A stretch of DNA of 64,000 nt from NCBI RefSeq assembly GCF_006345805.1, contig NC_043003.1, forward strand, positions 80,228,001 to 80,292,000. The letters run 5' to 3'. How positions within the stretch are numbered: the stretch's first letter is position 1; every line of letters starts with the position of its first letter. Below the pieces are notes generated by a model. That model had not been told where the DNA came from. It searched no databases and saw nothing but the letters and a program-made list of their open reading frames with translations. Source of the stretch: Octopus sinensis. Its lineage: Eukaryota. A program made the translations under genes and the position numbers. Positions 12,874 to 25,058 of this stretch are shown here, piece after piece.

Positions 12874-14476
12874 CAGTTGCGGCCAAAATATTCAGAACGG
12901 CATTGTTTTCATCAGAAAAGTAAGTATAAGTTTTTATCAAAGTAGTTTTATATTCTATAATTTTCACAGACGATACATACAATATGGACCGTTACTGTCT
13001 GATATTTTGGTGTAATTTAAGAGGATAATACAAAAGTTATAGATGATTTAGTGATTTACTGCAAAACCCATGGCGGCTAAAATGATCAGAATGGTTGAAA
13101 AAATAACAAAATAATCAAAATGACAGAGAATCCTGGAATTATTTAATATTTAGTGTGAAGCCCTTTAGCTTCAATCACACTCTGACATCTTCGACTGCAT
13201 GAGGAAATTAAATTTTCAATTTCAATTTCTTCCATTCTTCCTGAGGAGCATTCCATAATTGCTCAGTTGTTTTAGGATTTCTGGCTTTCAAACGTTCTCC
13301 TAGAATATTCCATACATTTTCAGTAGGATTGAGATCTGGCATTTGAGCAGGCCAATCCATAACAATAACTTTTTCAGCCTTGAAGAAGTTCATGACCACC
13401 TTAGCCTTGTGACATGGTGCATTGTCCTGCATGAATATGGGTGGTCGCTTAGTTGAATTTCTCAGCACAGGCAAGACATGATCTTTTACAAGTTGTTTAT
13501 AAACTCCTGCATTTACCTTTCCCTATAATCGCACCAAAGGGCCCACAACATCTCTAGATATCATCCCCCAAACCATGACACTTCCTCCACCGAATTTAAC
13601 ACTAGTCTTAAGGCATTTAGGCGACAATTTTTCACCTACTTTTCTACGAACGTACCTTTTCCCATCTGAGCCAAATAACATAAACTTAGATTCATCACTG
13701 AAATGCACCGTTTGCCATTTTTCTTGAGACCACAACCCATGTTCGGTTGTAAAGGTAAGACGACACTTTTTATTCTTGGAGCTGATCAGTGGCTTCACTG
13801 CAGGTGCTCTTACTTGTGGGTCATGTTCAACTAAACGACGAGACACAGTTTTCCGAGATAAAGTTTTCTTCAATACAATGCTCATTTTCCGAGAAACAGC
13901 AACAGCAGTTTTAAATCTGTCCTTTTTAACCAACTTTACCATAGCACGATCTTCTCTCTTGGTCGTTTTTCTTGGCCTACCTGTAAACTTTCTTGCTTCA
14001 CACGAACCACAATCATCGTAGACCTTAAGAATACCGTGTACAACACTTTTTGACTTGTTAACAATCTTTGCAATAGACCCAATACTTAAATTATCCTTCC
14101 TTCGAAGCTTAATAATCTGCTGACGAATTGGTAACGGAGTAACAAAGTACACTGCAAATATTCTTACTAATGTTTAGTAAACGAACCGTCACGTAAACAA
14201 ATTCAAAACATTAGAGTTCGCCGGTTAAATATACTAAAACACGGAGTAAAAGCAACCGTTCTGATCATTTTGGCTGCCATGGGTGTTGCAGTAAATCACT
14301 AAATCATCCATAACTTTTGTATTATCCTCTCAAATTACACCAAAATCTGAGGCAATAACAAATAATATTGTATTTATTGTCTGTGAAAATTATAGAATAT
14401 AAAACAACTTTGATAAAAAACTATATCTACTTTTCTGACGAAAACAATGCCGTTCTGAACATTTTGGCCGCCACTG
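12874..14476 (-). mobile_element. Full-length Tc1-family DNA transposon (IR/DR type, ~1.6 kb)
   Basis: TA|CAGTTGCGGCC...GGCCGCCACTG|TA termini; ~224-bp TIRs (12874-13097, 14253-14476), each with outer and inner direct repeats (ggccaaaatattcagaacgg / ggctaaaatgatcagaatgg); transposase inside. Confidence 0.95.
13143..14152 (-). pseudogene. Tc1 transposase, DD34E, disrupted
   Basis: HTH region and GRPRKT motif, FSDES, QDNAPCH, DLNPTE (34 aa between D and E); in-frame TAG at 13523-13525 (PLVRL*GKVNAGVY) and a frameshift near the C-terminus (..RRCQSVIEAKGLHTKY*). Confidence 0.92.
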
Positions 14477-15130
14477 TATATAAATATATACATTCACACG
14501 CGCACATGCGGGCACAGAACACACACGTACGCGCGCACATATACACAGGGTTCGATGGGTAAATTGTCGCTGTTTCATATTTTGTTAGTTTCGCGCAGTT
14601 AGTTTTTAAATACAAACAAATGTCAGGAAAATGACTGGCTAACACAAGTCAGAATCGAACCCACAAATCAACGCTCAATTTTCGTCGTTTTCGGTAATTT
14701 ATTCGTATTAAAAAATTGTCGCTTGATATCGGCGAATCGAATATATATAATTATAATATATTACTATACACTCAGTATTTAAAAGGAAATTTGGCAGGGT
14801 GGACATTCGCCCGCTGACTTTCATCGACGCTGCATCGAAGAAACCAAAGAACAAAAGTAAAAAGAAAAAAAAAACCCATTCAACATCAGAGCTGAGGCCA
14901 CCAACCCCTCACTGAAAAGGGGCTCCCCGCCACGTGGAAAACGGCAGAGGGGTAGGGGCCGAAACCGAACGTGGTTCCTCCTGACGATGTCCTTAGCCAC
15001 TAGATCCTGTAAAGGAACTGTTGAACTAGAGAACCACGAAATTTGGTTGGAAATCCTTCCTGAATCTTCCATAGAATCTCTCTCTCTCGGTAACTTACAA
15101 AGCATTTCTGGTGTGTTTACAAATATTACT

Positions 15131-15525
15131 TTCTACTCTAGGCACAAGGCCCGAAATTTTGGGGGAGGGAGCCAGTCGATTAGATCGACCCAGTACGAAA
15201 CACGTACTTAACTTATCGACCCCAAAAGGATGAATGGCAAATTGAACCTCAGCGAGTTATTTACTCAGAACGTGAAGACAAACGAAATACCTATTTCTTT
15301 ACTACCCACAAGGGGCTAAACACGGAGAGGATAAACAAGGACAGACAAACGGATTGAGTCGATTATATCGGCCCCAGTGCTTAACTAGTACTTAATTTAT
15401 CGACCCCGAAAGGATGAAAGATAAAGTCGACCTCGGCGGAATTTGAACTCACAACGTACCGGCAGACGAAATACCGCTAAGCATTTCGCCCGGCGTGCTA
15501 ACGTTTCTGCCAGCGCGCTGCCTTA
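15131..15525 (-). mobile_element. Dimeric SINE family 2
   Basis: Two units of cgaccccgaaaggatgaaag...gacctcggcggaatttgaactc, joined at gaaatacctatttc. Confidence 0.85.
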
Positions 15526-16084
15526 GTTTGTTTACAAATATTATATCTAGTATTAGACAGTTTAATATACGTTCATTAAATTTGGCTGAAATTGATGGGT
15601 AATCGTTTTGCATATGTATGTATGCATGCAGTCATGTAAGTGTGCGTATGCATGCATGTGTATGTGCCTATATATATGTATGTGTGTACGTGTGTATGTA
15701 TGTATTCTGTATATCCATGTGTTTGTGTGTTCGTGTTTCTGTGTTTCTATGTGTGTGTATGTGTGTCTCTTTGTGTGTGCATGTCTCAATGCGTCTGTGT
15801 ATGTTTTTTTTATTACTATGTACTGTATCTGTATGTATGGATGCGTGTCTCCATATTTGTCCTTGTGTGAAGGGAAGTGTGTGTGTATATGGTCACGTGT
15901 TTCAGTCATCATTTGCGTATGTATATATGTATGTATGCTTGTCTGTTCATATTACCTATGTACTTATCCGTCTGTATGTCTGTTTACATTCATAACCATT
16001 TACCTACCTACATATGCGTATACATACACCTACATGCATCTACATATCAGCCCACTAACTAGTCTACCTGTATACAAATATGAT

Positions 16085-17810
16085 ATCTCCAGCAATTATA
16101 GAATAATCTACTTCCACTCACAGGTATTACGACCTCTCACAGAAATGTCCCGAGATGTCTGAGCGAGCATGGAGAATCTCCTCAGTAGAATGAGAACGTT
16201 CACCCTCTCCAACGACCTCACAGATTGTATAGTGGGTAGTATAGATGTCATTTCTGTCTACACATCTATAGACATAGATTTTGCTGTGGAGAAATGCACT
16301 GATATAATCTGTGAGAGTGATGTCATGTTTTGTGAAGTCAACACGAGAGAATCGGGCCTCCTCCTCAGACTAAGCTATGGCAGTGACTATTTAGACGACC
16401 AGGATCTCAGTAGATTCTGTCCCACCGGGTCACAGAGGGGAAGACCACCTACCATCACCTCACCAGTGATGAAAAGCACCGCAGAGCGCTGGAGTAGCTG
16501 GATCGTACTCACCCAAGACAGTGAGAACACCAATCAAGTGAAAGGAAGGGTTTCACATGCAATAGGGGCTAGAGTAAGAACCACCTTGAAGAACTACATA
16601 GTAATGTTTAACAAGAAACTATAGATGCAGGATCAAGGTGTAGCCATTGGTGGCGGTGTAGCTGGAGATGTGACCGGCCTCTTCACGATCTGGTGCGACA
16701 GATCAAACAATTCTTAGCAGAACAGTCCACAACTCTTTCACTCTACAGTCGGTACGTAGATGACATTAATATCCTAGTTAAGTCTAACTCCGATAACGGT
16801 AATATAGAAACAGAGAGGGATATAATGGAGAGCATACAGCAAGTAGCTAACTCAATCCACCAAAGTATTAAGGTAACTATAGATTGCCCCACTAAGCACC
16901 CCAACAATAGACTCCCCATCCACGAAACTGAACTTTGGTTACAGACTGTGCACAACAGAGTGCAGCTCCTCCACGCCTATTACGTGAAACCCATAGCTAC
17001 AAAATATTTTGTTCACAATAATTTAGCTTTGTCACGCAACATGAAAATTAACAAACTGATAGCAGAAATAGTTAGGATAATAAACAACGTGTACTCACTA
17101 TGCAAACACTATGAAACAAAGAAACATCATGCACCGCATGCAATTCTCTGGATATGATCTGAAAGATAGGGTTCAAGTATACAGAGATGCTAGAAAAAAG
17201 TTAGATAACATTATATTTAATGAAACAATGGTACCTGCCCTAGATTTAGAGATAAAAACTGGAATAGAATACAAAAAGTGTGTGACAAAGCAAACAGGGC
17301 GAACACATGGTACAAAACCGACCAATATCAAGGAGTGATGTTTGTAGAGGCTACAGCTAATGTAGAACTATGCCGTAGATTAAGGAAAGCTCTAAAAGAG
17401 ACCAACCTCAACATTAAGATCGTTGAAAAGCCAGGGAACTCCATCAGATCACAACTATTTGAGAATACCATTTGCACCAATGATAACTGATAGTATGTAG
17501 GATTAACTCTGGCACTAACTGTAGAATTAGAAATCTAGTCTTCATAGAAGGTGCTTGTACAGACAAGAACATGATATATATAGGAGAGACATCTAGGAGC
17601 ATTGTGGAAAGACTACATGACAGTTGAGACAATATGACGACAAGAGACAGTCCTCCATACTTTACCAAGGACCAACATGGAGTCAAACTGGGTCAACTCC
17701 ACCTCCGCATTTTATCTAAGCAGCCAAAGGGCCCAATACTCAGACAAATACAAGAGTACGTCCTCATAAATGAAACATCCCCAGTACTAAATAGGAAATA
17801 TAGGTAGTAG
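16085..17810 (+). pseudogene. Penelope-like retroelement ORF relic (RT + Cys linker + C-terminal GIY-YIG endonuclease)
   Basis: RT motifs IVGSIDVISVYTSI, QDQGVAIG, YSRYVDDINIL; linker FVEATAN...IKIVEKPG; EN CRIRNLVF...YIGETSRS..ERL and RQIQEYVLI..SPVLNRK; several frameshifts and one in-frame TAG. Confidence 0.88.
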
Positions 17811-20228
17811 GTAATCATACACCCATATCCACAGTTTAGATGTTGGCCTCCATGATGATTCTGAGCCCGTGTAAGAAGGTGAATGGAGGCATAACCTCGC
17901 CATCACTAGTGATCCATCTCAACACTATGATGTTGACTACATGTTTGATTTTAAAAATTTTCGGTACATATTCCCAGATTACACTGTCTTCAGATTGACA
18001 CCCAGACAATCTGAAATGTTCGTATTGGAGCTGCCGGTGTGTATGCCAAGCAGTATATCATGTCGTTTCCAACTTTCTGGCAGAGTGAATTGCGTCATAA
18101 TAACTATATATTATTAAACAGTTATTACACTATGAGTCTTCCATAGTACTTCTCTCTCCGCAACTTACAAAGCCATTGTGGTTTGTTAACAGAAAGTACA
18201 TACACACACACAAACACACACAAACACACACACACACACACACATATATGTATACATTGTGAAGTCGACTTATACTACTTAGATAATATGATAATATGCG
18301 CTGGTTAACTATCAAGGAAAATTGGGCGTGTCTCATAATTCTTTCTTTAGAGATCCTTGAAGTTTAAACACATGGACTCTTTTTTCCAGTAAGACTAAAT
18401 TTATGTTTATAATATGTACGCATGTAATCCAGTTACAGTCATATCAGCAATACTTCTCAGTGCATTTAATAAGTTAACCACATATACGTGTGTCTCTGTG
18501 AATACAATACAAAAGAAATAAAATTATGGGTTCTGTCAGAAGTATGTAGTGAAATTGAATTTGTTTGCTATTAATCCAGAATTGAATGACATACAAAGGG
18601 TAACATTCGAATATATTGGGAAGATATAATAGAATATCAAAATGGATAAGAAATGTGAGTCAATGGGACTCCAGGTCGGGACCAATTTAGATGTTCTACA
18701 GTAATTATATCTGTACTAAGTATCTTCAACCTCACCCATTTGTCATATTAACGTCTTCATGCTCTTTGAGTCGTTTTCCTATGACTCAAATAGTTAACAA
18801 GCATACTCTCCCTATCCCTTTCCTTCTCTCTCTCTCTCTCTCTCTTTATCTCGGTCTGTCTGATTGTTTTTATGTCCCTCTGTATATGTCCCACTATGAC
18901 TGTCATAGAGAAACACACACACACAAGTAATGGTTTCCTACAGTCACAATCTTTCTCGAATCTTTATTATAGCTCTCGCTGGTGCAGCGGATCACAACTG
19001 CATAACATTTGCAATGATATACGTTCGAAGTTCTCGGCCCATTAAATACAAGTTCACATTTACTAGTGATGTCAGAAACTAAACTTTGCATACATTGTAT
19101 ATCCCATATTAATTCGTGCATGAAATGGCCTTTTCTGCAGCTATGGTTTAGAATACAAAGTAGCATTTTCTTTCAATCACAGTTTCAGGCAATCGTGCTT
19201 ATATTCATCTCTCTTCTCGCATTGAAAGTTATGTATCATGCATGTCAGCGCGAACAACATTTGCTTATGAAGATTATGCTAGCATATTTATAAATGGCTA
19301 CCGTGTGTTCGCCATTAATTCGCTTTCATTTTCGAGTTTTACATTGCATGAATGTTGCATGTTGATATAATTCATTCGGAATAAAATAAATGTCAACGGA
19401 ATTTCTATGTAAAATTTTAAGCACTTTCTTCTGTCGACTAATGCTTTGTATTATATATTTGATATTCACTTTAGCATTGGTATTGTATTCATCTTGTTTG
19501 TTACTTGTAAACTTTGTTTTATACTGCTAGAATATTCTTTTATTTTTAGATGTCTGTTTTTAAACGACAATACATTCTGTAGAAGACGAATAAATAGCTA
19601 ACAAGTAACTGCCTACGTTTGTCTTAATTTCCCGAATAACATCTTACTTGGTACAAGGTCATAAATGTATAAAGGAGGTTATATTGAATGGAGCAATGTA
19701 CATTACTAGTATTTATATTATTGGTCTTAGTGAAAAGATGAAAAGCGACGTAATCTTTGGTAAGATATCAAGTTAGTTGGGAAGGAGGCGATACTGAATG
19801 TTATAAGAGTTTTAATCAACAGAGATATTAACATCCATTGAATAGGACTTCCAAATTACAGCTTTCTAATGCACATGTTCTATCATAAATACATAACATA
19901 CACAGTAATGTGAATATCCACGAAAAGCTAGTCTGGTTTACTATATAGCTACAACTCCACGGCCTTTCATATTCTTTGGAACATACGCTGGTCTATCAAG
20001 AGACATAAAAGCACCTATTTTAAACTGCAAAATAAGGTGGTATTCCCTAAATTATCTCTCCAGACTTACAATAAAAAATCTGCAGTGTGCATCATCAAAT
20101 TCAATCTTAAAGACTATTTTGCCTTTATGTAGTTCAATACAGGTTACATAGGGGTTTAACAGTTTCATTTTTGAAGCTTCTGGAGCAACAAGACTCATGT
20201 GTTACAATGTATTTACTATTATAAATAA

Positions 20229-20625
20229 ACTAGCAGTATCGCCCGGCGTTGCTCGGGTTTGTAAGGGAAATAACTATATAAGCATTTTTAGAGATGTAAA
20301 GTATAATAGCCATCTCAATATGGCTAACCACAAAGGGGGGGGGTGTTACTGTAGCTTTTTACGTTCTGAGATTTAATAATACATTTTTAGAGAGTTACTT
20401 CCCTTATATATGCCAAAAATGATTTAAAATGGGAAAAAATGATGGTAATTTTTTTTTTTTAATTGTAGACTCATCGTAGACGCGCGCTAATACCTAGAAG
20501 GGTTCGATATGAATCACGACAATAAGATACCCGGTTTTGGTTAAACTGCACCGCAAAATGTGGGAGTAGTTAGGAATCTAAATCGTAGGAGACAGACACA
20601 CAACCTTACTTTTATATATAAAAAT
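20229..20625 (+). mobile_element. Non-autonomous Helentron/HINE (DINE-1-like) element
   Basis: 5' actagc plus subterminal hairpin cccg-gcgttgct-cggg; 3' gacagacacaca...cttttatatataaaaat; architecture typical of HINE-like elements (pattern recognition, no alignment). Confidence 0.6.
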
Positions 20626-20917
20626 ATGGTTATGTCAGATTTTGCAGAAAATGCTGAGGTTTTGTAATTGAAGATTGTCAACACTCCAGTTAGTTTAAAT
20701 GTAAAACGTCGCAGTAAGATTAACAATATATTCCTACAGCTGAATTAATATCAACGTGTAGCAGCTATAGCTATGTTTAAAGCAATCGTTTAGAGAAGAA
20801 TGCGATTTCCGGTTCAGTCTGGTGATGTAACGCGTTGTGTCTATTTTTACAATAGTTGTCGGTTTCCTAGTATCTAGAGACAGAAATTCGTTTGGCCATG
20901 TATATGATTATGTGTGT

Positions 20918-20950
<33 letters not shown>

Positions 20951-21149
20951 AGTGTGTGTGTGAGTGTGTGTGTGTGTGTGCATGTTCGTGTGTGTGTGTG
21001 TGTGTGTGTGTGTATAATGCAGTAAAGCTTCAACATGTAGAAAAGAACTCGATCAGCTGAGAGAACGAAAATAATGTTATACGGAAAAGCACAAGGCAGA
21101 TAACCGACGCTAAAATAAACGAATGTGAAAAGGCGTTAACAAGATATTT

Positions 21150-21720
21150 GTGGTTTTTGAAGGGTCCGTTGGCATAGTTTTATATTCCACCAATATATAT
21201 TTCTCAAAATGTTGACATAAAAAAAAAACCTCATTCCTGGAATTTACGATGTCGTTGGAGGCTCTCAAGTTCTTTAAAACATTGCTTTTCAAGAAAATAT
21301 ATTGAACATCTTCTTGAACATAGAGTTTGGTTTTGGAGAAGACGTTCCAGTTGATGCTGTAATTGGTTCCTTCGTTTTAAATTTCCAGATTAAAGCTGAA
21401 AAGGTAGTTGAATGTCTCTTATCACAGTGCCTAAATGTCGAAAGATTGATGTTACACGACTCTGCCCTGACATTTGATTTCTGATCGACCGATGTCATAG
21501 TTCAGTGATATCTGTGCTTCGTAGCTGATACCTGATCTAGAGGACATTTAGATTTTTCGTTACGTGTGCATCCGCGGTATACAAATTGGCGGAATTCGAA
21601 AATAGTTCACCGGGCACATCTTAAACCGTTAATATCTTGTTTACGCTTTCCTGGCATTTGCTTATTTTCACGTTTATTTTTTTGTTTGTTTTGGCTTCGT
21701 CCTTATAAGGGTTCGCCGTT
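21150..21720 (-). pseudogene. Degenerate PLE GIY-YIG endonuclease fragment
   Basis: Minus-strand translations CTRNEKSKCPLD, FRHCDKRHSTTFSALIWKFK and VNSRNEVFFLCQHFEKYILV fit the PLE EN pattern (C.CR.K..CPL; SFRH...ST.LS.YIW.LK; LN.R.E...C.H..K..L). Confidence 0.65.
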
Positions 21721-22003
21721 GAAACACCACCTGGTTTAGAAGCAACTGACGAACGGTCTTGTTCTATGTTTGAAAAATGGCGAAATGAGTCAGTGTTTCT
21801 TTCAAGAAACCCAAGATAACTGTGGCATTCATTATAGCATTATACACTTACGCGCTGCCCCATACATATCACGTGTATATATTGTATAAGTATGTGTGTA
21901 CTTGTAAACGTCCAAGTATCTCCGTGTGTATATTATACAAATGTATATTAAAATACACACACACACACTCAGCCACCAACACACGCACACTCACATCTAT
22001 TTG

Positions 22004-22057
<54 letters not shown>

Positions 22058-22722
22058 GTGTATCAGCATTTATACGTATATATCATATTACATATACTAA
22101 CATTTATGCATAGATACATAAATACACACACATACACACATACATAGGTGTATATATACATATAAATATATATATACATATATAATTAATTAATAAGGGT
22201 GAGAGAATTAGATACTAATTTAATAGTATATTTATTCAACACCAAGTGGCCTAGTGCTACGAGAAACCTGGATTATTATAATATTTTATAACATATTATA
22301 ATATTTTTACAAAATAAATATAAGAGAGTGGTCACTATATATATAATTAATCAATATAGGGTGGCAAAAATTTTGTAGAATTTTTTTGCCACCAGCGGCC
22401 TAGTGGGAAAAAATTAAATAGTCATAGACCATTTTTAAGTTCAACATCACAATCAAGGAACGGCCATAATAGCTCTAGTGGGTGAATGGCCTATTATGGC
22501 CGTTCCTTGATTGTGATGATCATATATATATATATATATATATATATACAGCTGGTGGTGACGTAAGACACCTGCAAGCATTGTTTAAATTTTTAGATTT
22601 CTTCTTGTATATTATCTATAATAATATATCTCGAATGCTGTGAACTTGAGATCCTCCTTGACAGAACACTAGTATGTCATTATTGCTAGCGAATTAAAGT
22701 CTACTAAATTAGGTATTCGGAA

Positions 22723-22782
22723 ATTTTGCTGAGAATTTGGATTAGTATTAAATAAGATAACTATACTATATATAAATATGTA

Positions 22783-22818
<36 letters not shown>

Positions 22819-23058
22819 TATATATATATGTATATATATATATATGTATGTATATATATATAAATATGTATTTATATATATAAATATATTTTATATATAT
22901 ACATATATGTTTCGAGTGTGTGTGTGTAATATACTTAGCAACACATATGATCTCGTGATGTAGATAAATTATATTACATCCCTAGAAGGACGTTTATATT
23001 TTGCTGAGAATTTGGATTAGTACTTAAAATAAGATAACTATACTATATATAATATGTA

Positions 23059-23121
<63 letters not shown>

Positions 23122-23343
23122 GTATGTATATATATATATAATATGTATTTATATATATAAATATATATTTATATATATACATATATATGTTTACGAGTGT
23201 GTGTGTGTGTAATATATTTAGCAACACATATGATCTCGTGATGTAGATAAACTATATTACATCCCTAGAAGGACGTTTATATTTTGCTGAGAATTTGATT
23301 AGTACTTAAAATAAGATAACTATACTATATATAAATATGTACT

Positions 23344-23420
<77 letters not shown>

Positions 23421-23590
23421 GTATGTATATATATATATATATATAAATATGTATTTATATATATAAATATATATTTATATATATACATATATATGTTTAC
23501 GAGTGTGTGTGTGTGTGTGTGTAATATATTTAGCAACACATATGATCTCGTGATGTAGATAAACTATATTACATCCCTAGAAGGACGTTT
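22723..23590. repeat. Triple tandem repeat (~275-310 bp unit with internal (TA)n and (TG)n)
   Basis: attttgctgagaattt starts at 22723, 22998 and 23281; each unit ends ccctagaaggacgttt. Confidence 0.95.
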
Positions 23591-24601
23591 GGAGAAGCTG
23601 CCAAAAAAAAACAAAAACAATTCGGATGGGATGCGTTTTTGTGCTTCTCCCATTATTTGCGTTATGGTGTCAAATTTTGTTATAATATTTGGGAGATAGA
23701 CTTAATTTTTAATTCTATTTAATATTAGAGTTTCGCTTCTTCTCAACTCTCCTGGGAGATACGTAATATGTCATTATCGTCCGCCATGACAACAAAAGGT
23801 TTAAAGTTACAAGGAACGACTGTTCTTTTCAATCCGTTGTGCAGAAGGTACGAATATTTTTAACAAATTTTTTTCTTAAGGAATTTTGCATTTACTACTT
23901 CATTTTTATGTGGAAATTAGCTCTATTAATATTACTAAGTCCATTAAAATTTCCATAACCTTTCGTTTTCTTATAGTGTCTCTATGTGTGAAAATGCATT
24001 ATACATATCTTATGCCGTTGGGCGAAAGAAAGACTGCAGCCCCAAATATTTTGTTTTCTGTGAGTAACATCAATTTGGATATTAGTTTTATCCTGAGTAA
24101 CAGACACTCCCTTGCGAGTCTTCGCCGGCAGAACTGTAGTCATATAGTGATTGCCTGGTAGGACACATCTAATGAACGATAGTTTAATTCACGATGTGAG
24201 ATATAAAGAAGAAAATTAGATAAATATAGATCTTGTGTCAGTCAGGAGACTTACGAAATAAATCAGAATATTTGTACGTCACTATTGCCGCAATCTGGTA
24301 CAGCTGTCTGAGTAAAATCCTCATGTTTTAACGTCATATAACCAGGATCCGTATAGTTAAAATTTATATCTTATTGAAATCACGTAGATCACTGGTTCCC
24401 AACAGTAGATTACAATACCTTTATTTAAAGGAATTTTCCTACGGACCTTTTTAATATGCTTATTCTTATATATATATGATTGATTGATTGATTGATTGAT
24501 TCTAGTTTCAGCTCACGAGCTATGGCCATGCTGGGGCACCGCCATTTGGTGTTGCTACATGGTTTTACTTCACGAATGCTTTTTAGCAACTGCCATATAT
24601 A

Positions 24602-24636
<35 letters not shown>

Positions 24637-24640
<4 letters not shown>

Positions 24641-24886
24641 AATGTAATATGTGACAATTATTCGGTAGCCATGATAAACCTCCGAGTTTCGGATGCCGAG
24701 GTGGAAATCCACGCCGCCATCTCTTCAGTTATCCAGCCATCGGAAAAAATGCTATCATCGGAAAAATGATGGCCTTTTTCCGATGGCCGGATAACTGAAG
24801 AGATGGCGGCGTGGATTTCCACCTCGGCATCCGAATCTCGAAGTTTTATCATGGCTACCGTATAATTGTCACATATTACATTTACA
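24637..24886. mobile_element. 250-bp imperfect palindrome with outward-facing hammerhead-like motifs (element A)
   Basis: tgtaaatgtaatatgtgacaatta...taattgtcacatattacatttaca arms; each arm read outward gives gataa-CTGAAGA-gatg...catc-cGAAAC (minus arm) or cGAATC (plus arm)...ttatc. Confidence 0.7.
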
Positions 24887-24992
24887 GATAAATTCCTCTA
24901 TTTACACAATATCAAGCTCTCTTTCTTTCTTTAAGTTGTCTTACCATTTTTATCAATATATATATGTATGCATATATGTATATATATATATG

Positions 24993-25058
<66 letters not shown>

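Noticed and set aside
14821-15130. Relatively GC-rich fragment, possible LINE relic
   Set aside because: No diagnostic RT or EN motif identified; CTGACGA near 14982 does not fold as a hammerhead.
17950-18015. Minus-strand CTGAAGA...GAAA near the PLE 3' end
   Set aside because: Stems I and III cannot be formed; only a small ttcagattg/caatctgaa hairpin is evident.
21746-21795. CTGACGA...GAAA-tga-GTC hammerhead candidate
   Set aside because: Stem I does not pair (caa vs agt) and stem II is weak.
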